The notes under the pieces are model-generated. The model did no database searches. It had not been told where the DNA came from and saw nothing but the letters and a program-made list of their open reading frames with translations. The position numbers and the translations under genes were made by a program. Positions 8,100 to 15,683 of a DNA stretch of 16,481 bases are shown here, piece after piece. The stretch's first letter is position 1. Each line of letters starts with the position of its first letter. The DNA lies in NCBI GenBank assembly GCA_048884965.1, contig JBHLQH010000055.1:1-16481 (forward strand). The letters run 5' to 3'. Origin of the DNA: Candidatus Thorarchaeota archaeon (GTDB lineage Archaea > Asgardarchaeota > Thorarchaeia > Thorarchaeales > Thorarchaeaceae).

Positions 8100-9245
8100 C
8101 TAAATGACTTCCATCTTTTTGTATATTTCAACTAGCTCGCTAGTGTATTTATCAATTCTGAAGGATTGCGCTCTCTCAGCAGCGTTATTCTTCAATCGAT
8201 TACGAATCTCGTTATTCTCTAGCATTCTTCTTAGTCCGCTACTGATAGATTCTGGCGATGGACTCGCAAGAATTCCTGAGACCTCGTTCTCAACAACCTC
8301 AGAGGTTTCTTCTACATTTGTTGCCAAGACTGCTAGACCCGCAGCCATTGCTTCTCTAAGTGATAGGCTCGGAGAGTTGGCGATTGGCGATGTTGCTAGG
8401 AAAATGTCTGATTTCCATAGATATGGTCTGATATCCATAATCTTTCCTAGGAATTTGACTTTCTGGCCAAGTTCATTTTTCTTTACGAAATCACTAAGTT
8501 GCGAAAGCATATCGCCTTCTCCAATAATCAGAAGATTGGCGTTTGGAAATTCCTTATGTATTCTTGAAAATGCCTGGAGTGCGAGAAAGGGTCCTCTACG
8601 ATAACTTAGTCTTCCCACAAACAGTAGTGTAATCTCGTCATCATTTATTCGATCTTTCGTTCTACTTTCGGCATTTCGATACCGATCTACTGGAATCGGA
8701 TTTCTAAGCAAAGCAATGTTCCTTGCTCCTTTTTCAGAAAGATATTCGAGAGATTCCTTTCTGTTTACAATGATATAATGGCTTTGCAAAAGCGATTCTA
8801 CGATTTCCGGAGGAATGTCCTCCGATTCCCTACCAAAACGTCCGTGCACTGTGACAATATGCTTTTTCTTGGTCTTCAGAGATAATTTGATTCCGAAATT
8901 TAGGTCATGCAGTGTTCCAAGCTGTGAATGAATTACATTAGCATCCTTTGAAATAGCTATTGCAGCACCAATCCCCGATTCTATATATGTAATGGGTGAA
9001 AGCAATTGTGAGATGTATCTGAGTTGTCTGAATCTAGATTGCGGAATTGGATTCAAACCTACCCTGAAGACCTCAAAGGATTCTTGTCTTTCATATCTTG
9101 GTAAGTGGAAGTAATGTCGAGTAATGATGGAAGAGTCTATACCTTCCTTCTGAAGACTTTCCGATATGTTTAGGATATATCGTTCGACACCTCCAATTGA
9201 AACCGGTGGAAAGTAACTTGTTATGAAGCAAACCTTTCCGATCAC
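8100..9245 (-). CDS. GT4-family glycosyltransferase with atypical N-X7-E donor-binding motif
   Basis: FITSYFPPVSIGGVERY, VIHSQ, VTVHG, LRNPIP, LFVGRLSYRRG, IIGEG and ANSPSLSLREAMAAGL. The GTG start overlaps the upstream TAG (TAGTG), with GGAGTGA upstream. Confidence 0.9.
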   Translation of the reverse strand: MIGKVCFITSYFPPVSIGGVERYILNISESLQKEGIDSSIITRHYFHLPRYERQESFEVFRVGLNPIPQSRFRQLRYISQLLSPITYIESGIGAAIAISKDANVIHSQLGTLHDLNFGIKLSLKTKKKHIVTVHGRFGRESEDIPPEIVESLLQSHYIIVNRKESLEYLSEKGARNIALLRNPIPVDRYRNAESRTKDRINDDEITLLFVGRLSYRRGPFLALQAFSRIHKEFPNANLLIIGEGDMLSQLSDFVKKNELGQKVKFLGKIMDIRPYLWKSDIFLATSPIANSPSLSLREAMAAGLAVLATNVEETSEVVENEVSGILASPSPESISSGLRRMLENNEIRNRLKNNAAERAQSFRIDKYTSELVEIYKKMEVI

Positions 9246-12200
9246 TATAGATTCACTCCAACTCCATGTAGGAAAACCGGGGCAATCAGTATAATACTTG
9301 GGGATATCATTACCGTTCTCAACTGAAATGCATCTTGTGAAACAAATCTCTCACCGTTCAGCGTAATATTATACGGTACACCAGACCATAATGAATTGAA
9401 AGCAAGAAATCCGGATCCTTCCAACTCTGTAATTCTTATCAGAAAGGGCTCATCGAAGTCCAAGTCTTGATGTACTATGGAATTGCTGTCGTGGACTATC
9501 ATGAAGCCATTTACTTTTACAAGAGAGTACCCAAATAAGATGGATGAGATACTGATTTCTCCATGGAATTCGAGAATTCCGTCATCAATGCCGTCTACTA
9601 ATCCTGCGCCATCTTCACTGTATTGTATTCGAAGGATTCCATCAAGATGTATCTCTCCCCTGTTCTTCAGATAAAATCCTCTTTCGAACTCAGATTTCTC
9701 TTGGAGGTCTAGGATATTCTGGAAGAGGTATTGAAGGACGCTAGATATTCGAATGGAATCTTGATGGATATCAGAACCCTGCAATGAACTGATCAGGGGC
9801 CCTACATTGAGGTATGTCATGGACGACTCATTGGTCAACAGAATCTCTATTACAAATGGGATGGATTGGTTCTCAGATTGATATACTCCTTGGCTTGTTT
9901 GACCGCTGACATTGACATACTGAGCTTGAACCCGTGGGATGGGAAATGTGGAAGATCCAATTCTAATACTTTCAATGTCCAATGACACTTCTGAGAATGA
10001 GATATTGCAGAAATCGGTGATAATACTACTATTGGTCAGGTTCCCAACGATGATTATATTGTGTCCATCTTGGACAAGTTGACTTATCTCTGATATCTTC
10101 TTCATATTATTCTGTGAGTCCGTATAGATGATCGTTCTCTCATGTGATGTATTGAAATGGAACGAAGAGATTGTGGTATAGCTGATCCCTGACATTGATA
10201 GTATCATCTGTATATCATTGAAGAACTCACTCTCGACTCCAAATGCAACCTTTGAGATATCCGCTGCTATCTCACTGACACTCTCATGAAACTTATTTGT
10301 CAATCCTAACAATAATCCAACGACATGAGATTTCTCCTCATTTAGAGGTGTGACTGCATAAGTCCAATCCTCACTTGTCATATAGGGTGTTCCACTCAGG
10401 AGAGCATTCTCTCTAGTTCCATCTTGATATATCATTGTGAGGATTAGTTTGGAATACTCCTGCGTTCTGAATTTTATGTATATATTCATGTCACTCTGTA
10501 TTTGAATGGGTTGCTCCAGGTAGGATTCATAAAATACCACGATTTTATGATTACTTAGCCCAGTAGCTGACAAGTGAGCATATGATGTATCAGAGCTTAC
10601 GAATGAGTAATCTGTAACATTAGCCAAAGCACTGTAGACAGGACTCCACTTTGAGATATCTGTAATATTCTGATCCCAAATTAAATCTGAAGACACTCCA
10701 GTTTCTATGCATGTTTCAACAGGTAGATGATCTTGGATGAACAAAGTATCTGCATCCAATGATGAATGGGTAAGATTGGAGACTGCGTATACTGTGAAGA
10801 AATCGTCATGATATGAAATATGTGCGAATTCAAAGATCTTGTCCAGATGGAGATCATAAGCATGGTTATCGATGATATGGCTGACATTTAGATATTCCAA
10901 TACATAGAGCTGACTGCCCAAGTCCGAATGACGAGAACATATCTCTCCAAAAATATCGGTCTGCTGAGTGTATACAGGTATCCCCAGTAATGCTGAAGCG
11001 AAGGAATAGATGGATGAGTGAGACAAAAAGGATTCTCCATCAGAACTCTCATAGCTTCTGAGATAATCGCCAAGTCCTGCCAGATTGCTTTGATCAGCTG
11101 TGGTTGCAGAAGTATACTCCACTTTCAGAAGATGTGAAAACGAAGCAGTTGAAATAAGCAATCCCACAAGCAATACTGTCACGATTATGTTCTTTGATAT
11201 AAAAGCTGATTTCCTCAAATCGCGCGAGATTAGAATCTTGCCAACTCCTAATCCTGCTGCAACCGAAACAATAGCCCAAGTAACATCCCTAAAATATCTG
11301 AACTCATCTAAGTTCAATCTAAATGGGATGATTGAATTCAAGGGAAGATGATAGAGAATTGCTTCAAACGCAAACACACCAGTAAAAATCATCAGCAATG
11401 CAAGTGTATCTTTAACATTCTTTGAATCGATTTTCCATATCCAAAAGAGAAAGAATATCCCCACAAATCCTAGTTTAATAGGGATGTAGAAAACCGGAAA
11501 GACTGAACAGTGTTGAAGTGGCATTGCATTGTTAATTATTCCCAGCATCGATACTAGGAAATAACCTATCGTCGCAATGAGAATCAACTTCCTGATATGA
11601 ATTTCAAGAAATTCCTGAATTCCCCCGAATCCTTTTACCTTATTCAAATTTAGTACTGAAAGGATAAGGATTCCCCCTCCACACACTAATAGTACAACAA
11701 GCACTGTTCCATAAACCGGAATATAGAGCTTCATCACTGCCAATGTATCAATTACAAAAACAAAACTCACGCTAATCATAATCGAAATCCCCAATTCCTT
11801 TGTGCGAATAGGTTTCTCATGTAGTATCACCTGAACTAATGAAATGAGGATTACCACAATTGCAAGTATAACTCCCTTTTCAATATGAGCAAGTAACATC
11901 AATGTAAAAAGCAGCGTCTGGATACCAACCAATCTCTTTGAAGTAATCTCAGTATTTACAAGGGTTCCAATGAGAATGAAGAATGCTGTGATATCAACTA
12001 GATATGGTGCTACTATGATTGGAAACCATGTTGAAAATATGATATCACATGCTCCAATTGCTGCTTGATAAATCGCAAGAATCTCAGTTTGAAATGGTAG
12101 GAGAAATAGGCTAACAATCCAGCCAAAGCCAGAAAAGACCTGAAAAAGCAAAGTTGAGAGGACTCCTAAATCATTGCTATTCAAGAGTCTTCTACTCATA

Positions 12201-13153
12201 GCATAGAATGAGAGGGTTGGCAGGGGCAATAGTATTATCGAGCTAAGAAGATATAGTGAAACAATTGGGACTCCGGTTAGTCCGATAATCACCGCCAGAA
12301 ACATGTGAAACAAATACGGATAGGAAAGCATTGAGATGCGACCAAGCTCAACCTCTTGCCAGGAGTAGTAATCGTTGAGGAACTTCGTTATATTTGAAAC
12401 ATGTCCATACTCATCACCAATAAGCGGGAGCACTCCTGTAAGATCATGAATTGTGAAATAAGAGAAAAGTAGGAAGGCTATACTCAGAATCAAAATACTA
12501 GCTGAAACAAGCTGAACTTGAAATCCTGTGTTTGAGTTCGAAGACTCTACTACCCTCTTCTTGTAGAAATATCCCACTAGTAAAAATGTATTCAGTATTA
12601 GAAATAGTGGATTTATCGCAAATGTAAATGGACCAACTATCCAAGATCCAAAACCTATCAAGCCAGTAAGAAGAAAGCTAGTAAGAATCGAAATCAAGCC
12701 TGTTTCAATAGTTGTCAAGTTCTTTCCTAATCCAAGTATGCTTAGCAGCGAGTATCCGGAAAGACAGGTTGATAGGATAACAACCGAAACCAATCCAATA
12801 CCTTCTGCGAGTACTAGACTCTTAATCGAAGTAGGTAACACACTGTAAACAGTATATACTGCTAGGAGCATCAAGTAGATTAGGAAGACGTCTTTCCAAC
12901 TTTGAGATCTATGAATGGTGATTTCCCTGTCATGTTTGAAAATATACTTCATGGAACATAGATAGCTTATAATTCCCAGAATTAGGCTGAACACTATTTT
13001 GTTTGGTATTGAAAAGGGGAACAACAATGTGACAATCAAAGAAATTATGGCAGAAAGTGATGAAAAAGCATGAGAGCGCTTGGAATCTGTTTGAGTCTGA
13101 AATGTCGCCGAGTCTTCGGTTCCTACAGACTGCATTGCAAAATCCGACTCCAA
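9245..13153 (-). CDS. Large polytopic membrane protein, putative GT-C-fold glycosyltransferase with ~620-aa extracytoplasmic C-terminal domain
   Basis: The N-terminal ~680 aa contain many hydrophobic segments. A loop motif IGDEYGH is followed by YPYLFH, resembling the acidic first-loop motif and YPP-like motif of GT-C enzymes; DEFRYF follows later. The soluble C-terminal domain carries 12 N-X-S/T sequons. A strong RBS (GAGGTGA) lies 5 nt before the TTG start. The ORF is secure but the function is inferred. Confidence 0.6.
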   Translation of the reverse strand: MESDFAMQSVGTEDSATFQTQTDSKRSHAFSSLSAIISLIVTLLFPFSIPNKIVFSLILGIISYLCSMKYIFKHDREITIHRSQSWKDVFLIYLMLLAVYTVYSVLPTSIKSLVLAEGIGLVSVVILSTCLSGYSLLSILGLGKNLTTIETGLISILTSFLLTGLIGFGSWIVGPFTFAINPLFLILNTFLLVGYFYKKRVVESSNSNTGFQVQLVSASILILSIAFLLFSYFTIHDLTGVLPLIGDEYGHVSNITKFLNDYYSWQEVELGRISMLSYPYLFHMFLAVIIGLTGVPIVSLYLLSSIILLPLPTLSFYAMSRRLLNSNDLGVLSTLLFQVFSGFGWIVSLFLLPFQTEILAIYQAAIGACDIIFSTWFPIIVAPYLVDITAFFILIGTLVNTEITSKRLVGIQTLLFTLMLLAHIEKGVILAIVVILISLVQVILHEKPIRTKELGISIMISVSFVFVIDTLAVMKLYIPVYGTVLVVLLVCGGGILILSVLNLNKVKGFGGIQEFLEIHIRKLILIATIGYFLVSMLGIINNAMPLQHCSVFPVFYIPIKLGFVGIFFLFWIWKIDSKNVKDTLALLMIFTGVFAFEAILYHLPLNSIIPFRLNLDEFRYFRDVTWAIVSVAAGLGVGKILISRDLRKSAFISKNIIVTVLLVGLLISTASFSHLLKVEYTSATTADQSNLAGLGDYLRSYESSDGESFLSHSSIYSFASALLGIPVYTQQTDIFGEICSRHSDLGSQLYVLEYLNVSHIIDNHAYDLHLDKIFEFAHISYHDDFFTVYAVSNLTHSSLDADTLFIQDHLPVETCIETGVSSDLIWDQNITDISKWSPVYSALANVTDYSFVSSDTSYAHLSATGLSNHKIVVFYESYLEQPIQIQSDMNIYIKFRTQEYSKLILTMIYQDGTRENALLSGTPYMTSEDWTYAVTPLNEEKSHVVGLLLGLTNKFHESVSEIAADISKVAFGVESEFFNDIQMILSMSGISYTTISSFHFNTSHERTIIYTDSQNNMKKISEISQLVQDGHNIIIVGNLTNSSIITDFCNISFSEVSLDIESIRIGSSTFPIPRVQAQYVNVSGQTSQGVYQSENQSIPFVIEILLTNESSMTYLNVGPLISSLQGSDIHQDSIRISSVLQYLFQNILDLQEKSEFERGFYLKNRGEIHLDGILRIQYSEDGAGLVDGIDDGILEFHGEISISSILFGYSLVKVNGFMIVHDSNSIVHQDLDFDEPFLIRITELEGSGFLAFNSLWSGVPYNITLNGERFVSQDAFQLRTVMISPSIILIAPVFLHGVGVNL

Positions 13154-13158
13154 TTATC

Positions 13159-13165
13159 TCACCTC
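13159..13165 (-). promoter_or_regulatory. Shine-Dalgarno site (GAGGTGA) of the 1302-aa membrane protein gene
   Basis: The minus strand reads GAAGAGAGGTGAGATAA-TTG, which is complementary to the conserved 16S rRNA 3' end (UCACCUC). Confidence 0.7.
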
Positions 13166-13232
13166 TCTTCGAAGAACTTCAAAAGGTTTCTGCTTTTGAT
13201 ATCAAGGATTCGATTTCTAAAGTTATCTTGAT

Positions 13233-14132
13233 TTACTTCTTTATACCCAGTACTCCGATATTCGATGTTCGCAGATCATCTTCATTCTTGTACTTTATCG
13301 AGGCATCAATTTTGTCAGGTATATTTGCATCCTCACGAATGAATGTATAGATTATCTTAAATTCCATATTCGGGATTGCTTCAAAAATCTCCACCCATTC
13401 ACTCTGTCTTATCCTATTTCCTCTCCAACTTTGGATTTCAGAATTATATCTTGATTCTGTTTCTGAAAGAAAAGCAAATGGTTCTTTGATACTATCCTTA
13501 TGATCTTCTAAATGGATATTGTGGAGCATAATCCCTTCAGATTTTAAATCACATGCAAGATTCGAAAGTACTGTTACAACATCGGTTTTTGGGACATGCT
13601 CCAACACAGCATTCGAATAGATGAAATCAACTGCCTTACCTAGTGTATCTGTTGCGAAATCTATTGGCGTGATATATGATATTCCAATATCCCTCAATGT
13701 CTTAAAGGTGAAATTTCGTATGTTAGACAGTTGATTAAGTCTGGATCGAATTCTCCCGTGTTCTTCGAAGGATGCTAAACCATCTCTTATGACATAGCAA
13801 GTAGAATTACTAATTGAGGTTTTCAGAGCTGAGGGTATCGCATTGTTAACGATATCAGTACAAACGACCTGTTTCGCTCCAAGCAAATGAAAAATAAGAG
13901 AATGAGAGAGAACCCACCCAGCTCCAATCTCTAGGCAAACCTTGCTTCTGATAGGATATGTACCAGCTAGACCCGCTAAATGAAGACTATTGGATAATTC
14001 AAATGCACAAATATCCAATCGTTTTGATGATTTTGCTAGAGATTCAGCGTAATATTTCCGAGCAAAAGAGGTTTGTAACAATTGGCTCCTTAACTTCAAT
14101 GGAAGCAGAGATTTTATCTTTGATAGCATCAA
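13233..14132 (-). CDS. Class I SAM-dependent methyltransferase, probable glycan O-methyltransferase
   Basis: Motif I CLEIGAG, acidic end of beta-2 (VVCTDI), DFIYSNAVLEHV and LKSEGIMLH. Start is TTG 14132 or ATG 14129, after AAGGGGGA. Confidence 0.82.
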   Translation of the reverse strand: MMLSKIKSLLPLKLRSQLLQTSFARKYYAESLAKSSKRLDICAFELSNSLHLAGLAGTYPIRSKVCLEIGAGWVLSHSLIFHLLGAKQVVCTDIVNNAIPSALKTSISNSTCYVIRDGLASFEEHGRIRSRLNQLSNIRNFTFKTLRDIGISYITPIDFATDTLGKAVDFIYSNAVLEHVPKTDVVTVLSNLACDLKSEGIMLHNIHLEDHKDSIKEPFAFLSETESRYNSEIQSWRGNRIRQSEWVEIFEAIPNMEFKIIYTFIREDANIPDKIDASIKYKNEDDLRTSNIGVLGIKK

Positions 14133-14242
14133 GACTCATTCCCCCTTTACAGAAATATCTACGGATTGCATTAGATTCTACCATAAAAACGATGTCACAA
14201 TCATGAATGGATCCTTACCATAGTAGAATTCATGAATAATCG

Positions 14243-14250
14243 CTTATATA
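14243..14250 (-). promoter_or_regulatory. Possible archaeal TATA box upstream of the methyltransferase gene and downstream operon
   Basis: TATATAAG on the minus strand in the largest intergenic gap (14133-14273), about 110 nt upstream of the start. The BRE match is poor. Confidence 0.3.
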
Positions 14251-14273
14251 GCATTGATTGAATACAATCGTTT

Positions 14274-15668
14274 TCAACTCTTAATGATATATGTATCCTG
14301 TCTTCTTTCTTCAATCTGTTGGAACTTGCTAGTTATATCAACAAGGAATTTGCTTGATAATAGAAATAGAAGAGGTTGAATTGGCACTCTATGTCTAGGT
14401 AGTGCAAAACCAACAAAATAGGGTATTGAGAAGAACACAAAGGCAACACTCAGGAAAACAGCAAATGGATCTTTTCGATTCATCATTATGTGCATCAGTG
14501 CCGACAACAATAATGGAACATAGATTAGTTGACGTATCAAAGGATTCTGTTCCGGTACTGATGAGGTATACCACCAGTAATCAGAGATTTTTCTGAATAC
14601 GTTATTTACGGTTTCAGACACATGAGTGAACATATAATTCCAAGCAATCTCCCCAAAAGCAGTATCAATCTCTATCTCATTAGTGCTATTGATTTGATTC
14701 AGTAAATTGACATCATACCATGTCGGCACTCCTGTTTCAGTGTATTCTGGATTATTTCCTCTCCACAGGTTGAATCCTGTATCTTTCAGAAAAATAGGTG
14801 ATCCTTCTGATAGGCTAATGCAGCGAGATTCCCATGGTAGTATAATCATCGAACATAGAATAGCTGCTATGAAGACATATCTCAAATGTCTGGGGTTGGG
14901 GGAAGAGATGGTCAATCTTCTTGCCTGCATGGTGTAACCTAATTCCCAAATAAAGAAGGGAAGTATCACGACGATGAATATTGGCTCGATATGGAGAGCG
15001 ATTCCGTAGGCCAATCCAGCATATGTGGCACTCTTTTTGGAGGGTTCCGAGTGAAGTGCCCAAGAGTATTTCACGATTAGAACAAAGAATAGTGTGGAGA
15101 ACACTAGATGATGTATAACTACAACTGAATAGATGAAATCTGGATGAAATGCTACAACTAATGATGCAATCATTGTAGTCTTTCCATCATATACCTGATT
15201 GGCAATCGAATAGATCACATATACTGTTAAGGAACCAATCAAAGCTTGAGAAAATAGAAGAAATTGAAGAGCCAATGCATTAGTGCCAAAAAGAACGAAA
15301 AAGAAAGCGATGAAGAAAGGATAGAATGGGGCAATGAAACATGTTTCTTGAATACCTGTCTTGGGAGGGAACGCATCGTAGGAAAATCCATTCCCATTGA
15401 CTAGGTTCATGGCAATCTCAACACTCTCATAGCTGGTACCATCTGTACCAACCATGTGAATCAGAAGAATTCTTACAAAGAACGCAGCCACCATTATGAC
15501 TAGAAAAGCAATCCGATTTCGTTGGGACTCGTTATCAGAAGATGTGCTATGATTTGTCTGCGTTTCCATATTCACCTTGTCCTGACATTCTATTCCTATA
15601 TTGATTGGTTGATTTCTTAGAACTTTTCCAGCAACAAGCATAATCTTGGATATCAAATCCATTTTCAT
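14274..15668 (-). CDS. ArnT/PMT-like (GT39/GT83-type, GT-C) membrane glycosyltransferase
   Basis: TM1 ends in RILL, followed by D..SYE..IAMNLVNGNGFS, APFYPFFIA, GFNLWRGNNP and C-terminal PRHRVPIQPLL, over about 11 TM segments. The real start may be ATG 15569 (METQTN..., preceded by AAGGTGA). Confidence 0.8.
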   Translation of the reverse strand: MKMDLISKIMLVAGKVLRNQPINIGIECQDKVNMETQTNHSTSSDNESQRNRIAFLVIMVAAFFVRILLIHMVGTDGTSYESVEIAMNLVNGNGFSYDAFPPKTGIQETCFIAPFYPFFIAFFFVLFGTNALALQFLLFSQALIGSLTVYVIYSIANQVYDGKTTMIASLVVAFHPDFIYSVVVIHHLVFSTLFFVLIVKYSWALHSEPSKKSATYAGLAYGIALHIEPIFIVVILPFFIWELGYTMQARRLTISSPNPRHLRYVFIAAILCSMIILPWESRCISLSEGSPIFLKDTGFNLWRGNNPEYTETGVPTWYDVNLLNQINSTNEIEIDTAFGEIAWNYMFTHVSETVNNVFRKISDYWWYTSSVPEQNPLIRQLIYVPLLLSALMHIMMNRKDPFAVFLSVAFVFFSIPYFVGFALPRHRVPIQPLLFLLSSKFLVDITSKFQQIEERRQDTYIIKS

Positions 15669-15683
15669 TCAGTGATTCTCTTT

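Noticed and set aside
8099-8131. N-terminal extension MKYTKRWKSFR of MurA
   Set aside because: It overlaps the upstream GT4 by 32 nt. GTG at 8098 gives a normal-length MurA N-terminus directly after the upstream stop.
4025-9245. Peptidoglycan (dcw) cluster, with the flippase as MurJ and a GT as MurG
   Set aside because: No murB, Mur ligases, mraY, ftsW or ddl are present. The GTs have GT4 rather than GT28 motifs, and the flippase looks Wzx-like.
9245-13153. AglB/STT3 oligosaccharyltransferase or S-layer protein
   Set aside because: It has no WWDYG or DK motif, and far too many TM segments for an S-layer protein.
13154-13232. Short inverted repeats (TCAAAAG/CTTTTGA, ATCAAG/CTTGAT, TCTTCGAAGA) as a terminator
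   Set aside because: The stems are short and AT-rich with no convincing U-tract, so they cannot be distinguished from chance.
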